Origin: Paragordius varius
Taxonomy: Eukaryota; Animalia; Nematomorpha
DNA: 64,000 bases
Assembly: GCA_964247055.1 (NCBI GenBank)
Contig: OZ176057.1
Location: forward strand, 1,798,001-1,862,000
Direction: 5' to 3'
This document shows positions 51,401-64,000 of the stretch, in pieces (positions within the stretch are counted from its first letter, which is position 1; each line of letters begins with the position of its first letter). The notes beneath the pieces were generated by a model. That model saw nothing but the letters and a program-made list of their open reading frames with translations, was not told the DNA's origin and made no database searches. The position numbers and the translations under genes were made by a program.

Positions 51401-54400
51401 AGGAATAATGGTACTTGGTGTTACGGTACTGGCACTCGCTACGTCTATTGTTTAAAAATATATTTATACGTTTAGGAGGTTGCGAGGTTGGTACAGGTTT
51501 TACGGTACTTGGTATTACGGTACTGCCACTCGCTGCATCTATTGTTTAAAAATATATTTATACGTTTAGGAGGTTGCGAGGTTGGTACAGGTTTAATGGT
51601 ACTTGGTATTACGGTACTGGCACTCGCTGCATCTATTGTTTAAAAATATATTATTACGTTTAGGAGGTTGCGAGGTTGGTACAGGTTTAATGGTGTTTGG
51701 TATTACGGTACTGGCACTCGCTGCATCTATTGTTTAAAAATATATTTATACGTTTAGGAGGTTGCGAGGTTGGTAGAGGTTTAATGGTACTTGGTATTAC
51801 GGTACTGCCAGTCGCTGCATCTATTGTTTAAAAATATATTATTACGTTTAGGAGGTTGCGAGGTTGGTACAGGTTTAATGGTGTTTGGTATTACGGTACT
51901 GGCACTCGCTGCATCTATTGTTTAAAAATATATTTATACGTTTAGGAGGCTGCGAGGTTGGTAGAGGTTTAATGGGACTTGGTATTACGGTACTGCCACT
52001 CGCTGCATCTATTGTTTAAAAATATATTTATACGTTTAGGAGTTTGCGAGGTTGGTAGAGGTTTAATGGGACTTGGTATTACGGTACTGGCACTCGCTGC
52101 ATCTATTGTTTAAAAATATATTTATACGTTTAGGAGGTGGCCTGGTTGATCGAGGAATAATGGTACTTGGTATTACGGTACTGGCACTCGCTGCGTCTAT
52201 TGTTTAAAAATATATTTATACGTTTAGGAGGTTGCGAGGTTGGTACAGGTTTAATGGTACTTGGTATTACGGTACTGGCATTCGCTGCATCTATTGTTTA
52301 AAAATATTATATTACGTTTAGGAGGTTGCGAGGTTGGTACAGGTTTAATGGTGTTTGGTATTACGGTACTGGCACTCGCTGCATCTATTGTTTATAAATA
52401 TATTTATACGTTTAGGAGGCTGCGAGGTTGGTAGAGGTTTAATGGGACTTGGTATTACGGTACTGCCACTCGCTGCATCTATTGTTTAAAAATATATTTA
52501 TACGTTTAGGAGGCTGCGAGGTTGGTAGAGGTTTAATGGGACTTGGTATTACTATACTGGCACTCGCTGCATCTATTGTTTAAAAATATATTATTACGTT
52601 TAGGAGGTTGCGAGGTTGGTACAGGTTTAATGGTACTTGGTATTACGGTACTGGCATTAGCTGCATCTATTGTTTAAAAATATATTATTACGTTTAGGAG
52701 GTTGCGAGGTTGGTACAGGTTTAATGGTGTTTGGTATTACGGTACTGGCACTCGCTGCATCTATTGTTTAAAAATATATTATTACGTTTAGGAGGTTGCG
52801 AGGTTGGTACAGGTTTAATGGTACTTGGTATTACGGTACTGGCATTCGCTGCATCTATTGTTTAAAAATATATTATTACGTTTAGGAGGTTGCGAGGTTG
52901 GTACAGGTTTAATGGTGTTTGGTATTACGGTACTGGCACTCGCTGCATCTATTGTTTAAAAAGATATTATTACGTTTAGGAGGTTGCGAGGTTGGTACAG
53001 GTTTAATGGTGTTTGGTATTACGGTACTGGCACTCGCTGCATCTATTGTTTAAAAATATATTTATACGTTTAGGAGGCTGCGAGGTTGGTACAGGTTTAA
53101 TGGTACTTGGTATTACGGTACTGGCACTCGCTGCATCTATTGTTTAAAAATATATTATTACGTTTAGGAGGTTGCGAGGTTGGTACAGGTTTAATGGTGT
53201 TTGGTATTACGGTACTGGCACTCGCTGCATCTATTGTTTAAAAATATATTTATACGTTTAGGAGGCTGCGAGGTTGGTAGAGGTTTAATGGGACTTGGTA
53301 TTACGGTACTGCCACTCGCTGCATCTATTGTTTAAAAATATATTTATACGTTTAGGAGGTGGCTTGGTTGATCGAGGAATAATGGTACTTGGTATTACGG
53401 TACTGCCACTCGCTGCATCTATTGTTTAAATATATTTATACGTTTAGGAGGCTGCGAGGTTGGTAGAGGTTTAATGGGACTTGGTATTACGGTACTGGCA
53501 CTCGCTGCATCTATTGTTTAAAAATATATTATTACGTTTAGGAGGTTGCGAGGTTGGTACAGGTTTAATGGTACTTGGTATTACGGTACTGGCATTCGCT
53601 GCATCTATTGTTTAAAAATATATTATTACGTTTAGGAGGTTGCGAGGTTGGTACAGGTTTAATGGTGTTTGGTATTACGGTACTGGCACTCGCTGCATCT
53701 ATTGTTTAAAAATATATTATTACGTTTAGGAGGTTGCGAGGTTGGTACAGGTTTAATGGTACTTGGTATTACGGTACTGGCATTCGCTGCATCTATTGTT
53801 TAAAAATATATTTATACGTTTAGGAGGCTGCGAGGTTGGTAGAGGTTTAATGGGACTTGGTATTACGGTACTGCCACTCGCTGCATCTATTGTTTAAAAA
53901 TATATTTATACGTTTAGGAGGCTGCGAGGTTGGTAGAGGTTTAATGGGACTTGGTATTACGGTACTGGCACTCGCTGCATCTATTGTTTAAAAATATATT
54001 TATACGTTTAGGAGGTGGCTTGGTTGATAGAGGAATAATGGTACTTGGTGTTACGGTACTGGCACTCGCTACGTCTATTGTTTAAAAATATATTTATACG
54101 TTTAGGAGGTTGCGAGGTTGGTACAGGTTTTACGGTACTTGGTATTACGGTACTGCCACTCGCTGCATCTATTGTTTAAAAATATATTTATACGTTTAGG
54201 AGGTTGCGAGGTTGGTACAGGTTTAATGGTACTTGGTATTACGGTACTGGCACTCGCTGCATCTATTGTTTAAAAATATATTATTACGTTTAGGAGGTTG
54301 CGAGGTTGGTACAGGTTTAATGGTGTTTGGTATTACGGTACTGGCACTCGCTGCATCTATTGTTTAAAAATATATTTATACGTTTAGGAGGTTGCGAGGT

Positions 54401-57400
54401 TGGTAGAGGTTTAATGGTACTTGGTATTACGGTACTGCCAGTCGCTGCATCTATTGTTTAAAAATATATTTATACGTTTAGGAGGTGGCCTGGTTGATCG
54501 AGGAATAATGGTACTTGGTATTACGGTACTGGCACTCGCTGCATCTATTGTTTAAAAATATATTATTACGTTTAGGAGGTTGCGAGGTTGGTACAGGTTT
54601 AATGGTACTTGGTATTACGGTACTGGCATTCGCTGCATCTATTGTTTAAAAATATATTTATACGTTTAGGAGGCTGCGAGGTTGGTAGAGGTTTAATGGG
54701 ACTTGGTATTACGGTACTGCCACTCGCTGCATCTATTGTTTAAAAATATATTTATACGTTTAGGAGGCTGCGAGGTTGGTAGAGGTTTAATGGGACTTGG
54801 TATTACGGTACTGGCACTCGCTGCATCTATTGTTTAAAAATATATTTATACGTTTAGGAGGTGGTTTGGTTGATAGAGGAATAATGGTACTTGGTGTTAC
54901 GGTACTGGCACTCGCTACGTCTATTGTTTAAAAATATATTTATACGTTTAGGAGGTTGCGAGGTTGGTACAGGTTTTACGGTACTTGGTATTACGGTACT
55001 GCCACTCGCTGCATCTATTGTTTAAAAATATATTTATACGTTTAGGAGGTTGCGAGGTTGGTACAGGTTTAATGGTACTTGGTATTACGGTACTGGCACT
55101 CGCTGCATCTATTGTTTAAAAATATATTATTACGTTTAGGAGGTTGCGAGGTTGGTACAGGTTTAATGGTACTTGGTATTACGGTACTGGCATTCGCTGC
55201 ATCTATTGTTTAAAAATATATTTATACGTTTAGGAGGCTGCGAGGTTGGTAGAGGTTTAATGGGACTTGGTATTACGGTACTGCCACTCGCTGCATCTAT
55301 TGTTTAAAAATATATTTATACGTTTAGGAGGCTGCGAGGTTGGTAGAGGTTTAATGGGACTTGGTATTACGGTACTGGCACTCGCTGCATCTATTGTTTA
55401 AAAATATATTATTACGTTTAGGAGGTTGCGAGGTTGGTACAGGTTTAATGGTACTTGGTATTACGGTACTGGCATTCGCTGCATCTATTGTTTAAAAATA
55501 TATTATTACGTTTAGGAGGTTGCGAGGTTGGTACAGGTTTAATGGTGTTTGGTATTACGGTACTGGCACTCGCTACATCTATTGTTTAAAAATATATTTA
55601 TACGTTTAGGAGGCTGCGAGGTTGGTAGAGGTTTAATGGGACTTGGTATTACGGTACTGCCACTCGCTGCATCTATTGTTTAAAAATATATTTATACGTT
55701 TAGGAGGTGGCTTGGTTGATCGAGGAATAATGGTACTTGGTATTACGGTACTGTCACTCGCTGCATCTATTGTTTAAAAATATATTTATACGTTTAGGAG
55801 GCTGCGAGGTTGGTAGAGGTTTAATGGGACTTGGTATTACGGTACTGGCACTCGCTGCATCTATTGTTTAAAAATATATTATTACGTTTAGGAGGTTGCG
55901 AGGTTGGTACAGGTTTAATGGTACTTGGTATTACGGTACTGGCATTCGCTGCATCTATTGTTTAAAAATATATTATTACGTTTAGGAGGTTGCGAGGTTG
56001 GTACAGGTTTAATGGTGTTTGGTATTACGGTACTGGCACTCGCTGCATCTATTGTTTAAAAATATATTATTACGTTTAGGAGGTTGCGAGGTTGGTACAG
56101 GTTTAATGGTACTTGGTATTACGGTACTGGCATTCGCTGCATCTATTGTTTAAAAATATATTTATACGTTTAGGAGGCTGCGAGGTTGGTAGAGGTTTAA
56201 TGGGACTTGGTATTACGGTACTGCCACTCGCTGCATCTATTGTTTAAAAATATATTTATACGTTTAGGAGGCTGCGAGGTTGGTAGAGGTTTAATGGGAC
56301 TTGGTATTACGGTACTGGCACTCGCTGCATCTATTGTTTAAAAATATATTTATACGTTTAGGAGGTGGCTTGGTTGATAGAGGAATAATGGTACTTGGTG
56401 TTACGGTACTGGCACTCGCTACGTCTATTGTTTAAAAATATATTTATACGTTTAGGAGGTTGCGAGGTTGGTACAGGTTTTACGGTACTTGGTATTACGG
56501 TACTGCCACTCGCTGCATCTATTGTTTAAAAATATATTTATACGTTTAGGAGGTTGCGAGGTTGGTACAGGTTTAATGGTACTTGGTATTACGGTACTGG
56601 CACTCGCTGCATCTATTGTTTAAAAATATATTATTACGTTTAGGAGGTTGCGAGGTTGGTACAGGTTTAATGGTGTTTGGTATTACGGTACTGGCACTCG
56701 CTGCATCTATTGTTTAAAAATATATTTATACGTTTAGGAGGTTGCGAGGTTGGTAGAGGTTTAATGGTACTTGGTATTACGGTACTGCCAGTCGCTGCAT
56801 CTATTGTTTAAAAATATATTTATACGTTTAGGAGGTAGCCTGGTTGATCGAGGAATAATGGTACTTGGTATTACGGTACTGGCACTCGCTGCGTCTATTG
56901 TTTAAAAATATATTTATACGTTTAGGAGGTTGCGAGGTTGGTACAGGTTTAATGGTACTTGGTATTACGGTACTGGCATTCGCTGCATCTATTGTTTAAA
57001 AATATTATATTACGTTTAGGAGGTTGCGAGGTTGGTACAGGTTTAATGGTGTTTGGTATTACGGTACTGGCACTCGCTGCATCTATTGTTTAAAAATATA
57101 TTTATACGTTTAGGAGGCTGCGAGGTTGGTACAGGTTTAATGGTACTTGGTATTACGGTACTGGCACTCGCTGCATCTATTGTTTAAAAATATATTATTA
57201 CGTTTAGGAGGTTGCGAGGTTGGTACAGGTTTAATGGTGTTTGGTATTACGGTACTGGCACTCGCTGCATCTATTGTTTAAAAATATATTTATACGTTTA
57301 GGAGGCTGCGAGGTTGGTAGAGGTTTAATGGGACTTGGTATTACGGTACTGCCACTCGCTGCATCTATTGTTTAAAAATATATTTATACGTTTAGGAGGT

Positions 57401-60400
57401 GGCTTGGTTGATCGAGGAATAATGGTACTTGGTATTACGGTACTGCCACTCGCTGCATCTATTGTTTAAAAATATATTTATACGTTTAGGAGGCTGCGAG
57501 GTTGGTAGAGGTTTAATGGGACTTGGTATTACGGTACTGGCACTCGCTGCATCTATTGTTTAAAAATATATTATTACGTTTAGGAGGTTGCGAGGTTGGT
57601 ACAGGTTTAATGGTACTTGGTATTACGGTACTGGCATTCGCTGCATCTATTGTTTAAAAATATATTATTACGTTTAGGAGGTTGCGAGGTTGGTACAGGT
57701 TTAATGGTGTTTGGTATTACGGTACTGGCACTCGCTACATCTATTGTTTAAAAATATATTATTACGTTTAGGAGGTTGCGAGGTTGGTACAGGTTTAATG
57801 GTACTTGGTATTACGGTACTGGCATTCGCTGCATCTATTGTTTAAAAATATATTTATACGTTTAGGAGGCTGCGAGGTTGGTAGAGGTTTAATGGGACTT
57901 GGTATTACGGTACTGCCACTCGCTGCATCTATTGTTTAAAAATATATTTATACGTTTAGGAGGCTGCGAGGTTGGTAGAGGTTTAATGGGACTTGGTATT
58001 ACGGTACTGGCACTCGCTGCATCTATTGTTTAAAAATATATTTATACGTTTAGGAGGTGGCTTGGTTGATAGAGGAATAATGGTACTTGGTGTTACGGTA
58101 CTGGCACTCGCTACGTCTATTGTTTAAAAATATATTTATACGTTTAGGAGGTTGCGAGGTTGGTACAGGTTTTACGGTACTTGGTATTACGGTACTGCCA
58201 CTCGCTGCATCTATTGTTTAAAAATATATTTATACGTTTAGGAGGTTGCGAGGTTGGTACAGGTTTAATGGTACTTGGTATTACGGTACTGGCACTCGCT
58301 GCATCTATTGTTTAAAAATATATTATTACGTTTAGGAGGTTGCGAGGTTGGTACAGGTTTAATGGTGTTTGGTATTACGGTACTGGCACTCGCTGCATCT
58401 ATTGTTTAAAAATATATTTATACGTTTAGGAGGTTGCGAGGTTGGTAGAGGTTTAATGGTACTTGGTATTACGGTACTGCCAGTCGCTGCATCTATTGTT
58501 TAAAAATATATTTATACGTTTAGGAGGTGGCCTGGTTGATCGAGGAATAATGGTACTTGGTATTACGGTACTGGCACTCGCTGCATCTATTGTTTAAAAA
58601 TATATTATTACGTTTAGGAGGTTGCGAGGTTGGTACAGGTTTAATGGTACTTGGTATTACGGTACTGGCATTCGCTGCATCTATTGTTTAAAAATATATT
58701 TATACGTTTAGGAGGCTGCGAGGTTGGTAGAGGTTTAATGGGACTTGGTATTACGGTACTGCCACTCGCTGCATCTATTGTTTAAAAATATATTTATACG
58801 TTTAGGAGGCTGCGAGGTTGGTAGAGGTTTAATGGGACTTGGTATTACGGTACTGGCACTCGCTGCATCTATTGTTTAAAAATATATTTATACGTTTAGG
58901 AGGTGGTTTGGTTGATAGAGGAATAATGGTACTTGGTGTTACGGTACTGGCACTCGCTACGTCTATTGTTTAAAAATATATTTATACGTTTAGGAGGTTG
59001 CGAGGTTGGTACAGGTTTTACGGTACTTGGTATTACGGTACTGCCACTCGCTGCATCTATTGTTTAAAAATATATTTATACGTTTAGGAGGTTGCGAGGT
59101 TGGTACAGGTTTAATGGTACTTGGTATTACGGTACTGGCACTCGCTGCATCTATTGTTTAAAAATATATTATTACGTTTAGGAGGTTGCGAGGTTGGTAC
59201 AGGTTTAATGGTGTTTGGTATTACGGTACTGGCACTCGCTGCATCTATTGTTTAAAAATATATTTATACGTTTAGGAGGTTGCGAGGTTGGTAGAGGTTT
59301 AATGGTACTTGGTATTACGGTACTGCCAGTCGCTGCATCTATTGTTTAAAAATATATTTATACGTTTAGGAGGTGGCCTGGTTGATCGAGGAATAATGAT
59401 ACTTGGTATTACGGTACTGGCACTCGCTGCGTCTATTGTTTAAAAATATATTTATACGTTTAGGAGGTTGCGAGGTTGGTACAGGTTTAATGGTACTTGG
59501 TATTACGGTACTGGCATTCGCTGCATCTATTGTTTAAAAATATTATATTACGTTTAGGAGGTTGCGAGGTTGGTACAGGTTTAATGGTGTTTGGTATTAC
59601 GGTACTGGCACTCGCTGCATCTATTGTTTAAAAATATATTATTACGTTTAGGAGGTTGCGAGGTTGGTACAGGTTTAATGGTACTTGGTATTACGGTACT
59701 GGCATTCGCTGCATCTATTGTTTAAAAATATATTTATACGTTTAGGAGGCTGCGAGGTTGGTAGAGGTTTAATGGGACTTGGTATTACGGTACTGCCACT
59801 CGCTGCATCTATTGTTTAAAAATATATTTATACGTTTAGGAGGCTGCGAGGTTGGTAGAGGTTTAATGGGACTTGGTATTACGGTACTGGCACTCGCTGC
59901 ATCTATTGTTTAAAAATATATTATTACGTTTAGGAGGTTGCGAGGTTGGTACAGGTTTAATGGTACTTGGTATTACGGTACTGGCATTCGCTGCATCTAT
60001 TGTTTAAAAATATATTATTACGTTTAGGAGGTTGCGAGGTTGGTACAGGTTTAATGGTGTTTGGTATTACGGTACTGGCACTCGCTGCATCTATTGTTTA
60101 AAAATATATTTATACGTTTAGGAGGCTGCGAGGTTGGTAGAGGTTTAATGGGACTTGGTATTACGGTACTGCCACTCGCTGCATCTATTGTTTAAAAATA
60201 TATTTATACGTTTAGGAGGTGGCTTGGTTGATCGAGGAATAATGGTACTTGGTATTACGGTACTGTCACTCGCTGCATCTATTGTTTAAAAATATATTTA
60301 TACGTTTAGGAGGCTGCGAGGTTGGTAGAGGTTTAATGGGACTTGGTATTACGGTACTGGCACTCGCTGCATCTATTGTTTAAAAATATATTATTACGTT

Positions 60401-63400
60401 TAGGAGGTTGCGAGGTTGGTACAGGTTTAATGGTACTTGGTATTACGGTACTGGCATTCGCTGCATCTATTGTTTAAAAATATATTATTACGTTTAGGAG
60501 GTTGCGAGGTTGGTACAGGTTTAATGGTGTTTGGTATTACGGTACTGGCACTCGCTGCATCTATTGTTTAAAAATATATTATTACGTTTAGGAGGTTGCG
60601 AGGTTGGTACAGGTTTAATGGTACTTGGTATTACGGTACTGGCATTCGCTGCATCTATTGTTTAAAAATATATTTATACGTTTAGGAGGCTGCGAGGTTG
60701 GTAGAGGTTTAATGGGACTTGGTATTACGGTACTGCCACTCGCTGCATCTATTGTTTAAAAATATATTTATACGTTTAGGAGGCTGCGAGGTTGGTAGAG
60801 GTTTAATGGGACTTGGTATTACGGTACTGGCACTCGCTGCATCTATTGTTTAAAAATATATTTATACGTTTAGGAGGTGGCTTGGTTGATAGAGGAATAA
60901 TGGTACTTGGTGTTACGGTACTGGCACTCGCTACGTCTATTGTTTAAAAATATATTTATACGTTTAGGAGGTTGCGAGGTTGGTACAGGTTTAATGGTGT
61001 TTGGTATTACGGTACTGGTACTCGCTGCATCTATTGTTTAAAAATATATTTATACGTTTAGGAGGTTGCGAGGTTGGTACAGGTTTTACGGTACTTGGTA
61101 TTACGGTACTGCCACTCGCTGCATCTATTGTTTAAAAATATATTTATACGTTTAGGAGGCTGCGAGGTTGGTAGAGGTTTAATGGTGTTTGGTATTACGG
61201 TACTGGCACTCGCTGCATCTATTGTTTAAAAATATATTATTACGTTTAGGAGGTTGCGAGGTTGGTACAGGTTTAATGGTACTTGGTATTACGGTACTGG
61301 CATTCGCTGCATCTATTGTTTAAAAATATATTTATACGTTTAGGAGGCTGCGAGGTTGGTAGAGGTTTAATGGGACTTGGTATTACGGTACTGCCACTCG
61401 CTGCATCTATTGTTTAAAAATATATTTATACGTTTAGGAGGCTGCGAGGTTGGTAGAGGTTTAATGGGACTTGGTATTACGGTACTGGCACTCGCTGCAT
61501 CTATTGTTTAAAAATATATTTATACGTTTAGGAGGTGGCTTGGTTGATAGAGGAATAATGGTACTTGGTGTTACGGTACTGGCACTCGCTACGTCTATTG
61601 TTTAAAAATATATTTATACGTTTAGGAGGTTGCGAGGTTGGTACAGGTTTTACGGTACTTGGTATTACGGTACTGCCACTCGCTGCATCTATTGTTTAAA
61701 AATATATTTATACGTTTAGGAGGTTGCGAGGTTGGTACAGGTTTAATGGTACTTGGTATTACGGTACTGGCACTCGCTGCATCTATTGTTTAAAAATATA
61801 TTATTACGTTTAGGAGGTTGCGAGGTTGGTACAGGTTTAATGGTGTTTGGTATTACGGTACTGGCACTCGCTGCATCTATTGTTTAAAAATATATTTATA
61901 CGTTTAGGAGGTTGCGAGGTTGGTAGAGGTTTAATGGTACTTGGTATTACGGTACTGCCAGTCGCTGCATCTATTGTTTAAAAATATATTTATACGTTTA
62001 GGAGGTGGCCTGGTTGATCGAGGAATAATGGTACTTGGTATTACGGTACTGGCACTCGCTGCGTCTATTGTTTAAAAATATATTTATACGTTTAGGAGGT
62101 TGCGAGGTTGGTACAGGTTTAATGGTACTTGGTATTACGGTACTGGCATTCGCTGCATCTATTGTTTAAAAATATTATATTACGTTTAGGAGGTTGCGAG
62201 GTTGGTACAGGTTTAATGGTGTTTGGTATTACGGTACTGGCACTCGCTGCATCTATTGTTTAAAAATATATTTATACGTTTAGGAGGCTGCGAGGTTGGT
62301 AGAGGTTTAATGGGACTTGGTATTACGGTACTGCCACTCGCTGCATCTATTGTTTAAAAATATATTTATACGTTTAGGAGGCTGCGAGGTTGGTAGAGGT
62401 TTAATGGGACTTGGTATTACGGTACTGGCACTCGCTGCATCTATTGTTTAAAAATATATTTATACGTTTAGGAGGCTGCGAGGTTGGTAGAGGTTTAATG
62501 GGACTTGGTATTACGGTACTGGCACTCGCTGCATCTATTGTTTAAAAATATATTATTACGTTTAGGAGGTTGCGAGGTTGGTACAGGTTTAATGGTACTT
62601 GGTATTACGGTACTGGCATTCGCTGCATCTATTGTTTAAAAATATATTATTACGTTTAGGAGGTTGCGAGGTTGGTACAGGTTTAATGCTGTTTGGTATT
62701 ACGGTACTGGCACTCGCTGCATCTATTGTTTAAAAATATATTATTACGTTTAGGAGGTTGCGAGGTTGGTACAGGTTTAATGGTACTTGGTATTACGGTA
62801 CTGGCATTCGCTGCATCTATTGTTTAAAAATATATTATTACGTTTAGGAGGTTGCGAGGTTGGTACAGGTTTAATGGTGTTTGGTATGGTACTGGCACTC
62901 GCTGCATCTATTGTTTAAAAATATATTATTACGTTTAGGAGGTTGCGAGGTTGGTACAGGTTTAATGGTACTTGGTATTACGGTACTGGCATTCGCTGCA
63001 TCTATTGTTTAAAAATATATTTATACGTTTAGGAGGCTGCGAGGTTGGTAGAGGTTTAATGGGACTTGGTATTACGGTACTGCCACTCGCTGCATCTATT
63101 GTTTAAAAATATATTTATACGTTTAGGAGGCTGCGAGGTTGGTAGAGGTTTAATGGGACTTGGTATTACGGTACTGGCACTCGCTGCATCTATTGTTTAA
63201 AAATATATTTATACGTTTAGGAGGTGGCTTGGTTGATAGAGGAATAATGGTACTTGGTGTTACGGTACTGGCACTCGCTACGTCTATTGTTTAAAAATAT
63301 ATTTATACGTTTAGGAGGTTGCGAGGTTGGTACAGGTTTTACGGTACTTGGTATTACGGTACTGCCACTCGCTGCATCTATTGTTTAAAAATATATTTAT

Positions 63401-64000
63401 ACGTTTAGGAGGTTGCGAGGTTGGTACAGGTTTAATGGTACTTGGTATTACGGTACTGGCACTCGCTGCATCTATTGTTTAAAAATATATTATTACGTTT
63501 AGGAGGTTGCGAGGTTGGTACAGGTTTAATGGTGTTTGGTATTACGGTACTGGTACTCGCTGCATCTATTGTTTAAAAATATATTTATACGTTTAGGAGG
63601 TGGCTTGGTTGATCGAGGAATAATGGTACTTGGTATTACGGTACTGCCACTCGCTGCATCTATTGTATAAAAATATATTTATACGTTTAGGAGGCTGCGA
63701 GGTTGGTAGAGGTTTAATGGGACTTGGTATTACGGTACTGGCACTCGCTGCATCTATTGTTTAAAAATATATTATTACGTTTAGGAGGTTGCGAGGTTGG
63801 TACAGGTTTAATGGTACTTGGTATTACGGTACTGGCATTCGCTGCATCTATTGTTTAAAAATATATTATTACGTTTAGGAGGTTGCGAGGTTGGTACAGG
63901 TTTAATGGTGTTTGGTATTACGGTACTGGCACTCGCTGCATCTATTGTTTAAAAATATATTTATACGTTTAGGAGGTTGCGAGGTTGGTAGAGGTTTAAT
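39432..64000. repeat. 94-bp tandem array, ~261 units, runs off the window end
   Basis: The period is 94 bp (e.g. TTTAGG at 39541 and 39635). Units are near-identical, with a small set of recurring variants. Confidence 0.98.
39446..64000 (-). CDS. Mucin-like PTS-rich coding array: 261 complete 69-nt exons separated by 25-nt GT..AG introns, consensus HAASASTVIPSTIKPVPTSQPPK
   Basis: The minus-strand unit is GTATAAATATATTTTTAAACAATAG (or GTAATA...; 12% GC) plus a 69-nt open exon (48% GC). All variants examined are synonymous or missense. The three exon indels are 3 nt and the two intron indels are 2 nt. Confidence 0.75.

Noticed and set aside
39432-64000. CRISPR array
   Set aside because: There are no unique spacers; the whole 94-bp unit repeats, the context is eukaryotic and there are no cas genes.

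Overview
This is AT-rich eukaryotic DNA, probably from an animal. I found no rRNA, tRNA or CRISPR array and no intact long ORF. Positions 1-39 kb are a mosaic of decayed mobile elements: three RTE-clade LINE fragments (one with an internal inversion), a Buster/GTF2IRD2-type hAT pseudogene nested in a Helitron-like repeat, two fold-back elements with 21-bp subrepeats, hAT and Tc1/mariner-type MITEs, and a Penelope GIY-YIG fragment. This part also holds local duplications. Positions 39.4-64 kb look like a 94-bp satellite. On the minus strand, however, every unit parses as a 25-nt GT..AG intron plus a 69-nt phase-1/phase-1 exon encoding a Pro/Thr/Ser-rich peptide (consensus HAASASTVIPSTIKPVPTSQPPK). 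There are 261 complete units (about 6,000 aa), and none of the variants I checked gives a stop, a frameshift or a broken splice site. The same logic decodes a 133-bp minisatellite (63-nt exon + 70-nt intron), a 1,168-bp triplication (69-nt and 21-nt exons) and several single 33-51-nt exons. All are on the minus strand and all are symmetric phase 1. The best interpretation is a giant repetitive mucin/adhesive-like gene, or gene cluster, built from hundreds of symmetric mini-exons and hidden inside apparent satellite DNA. This is inferred from sequence only and needs transcript evidence.
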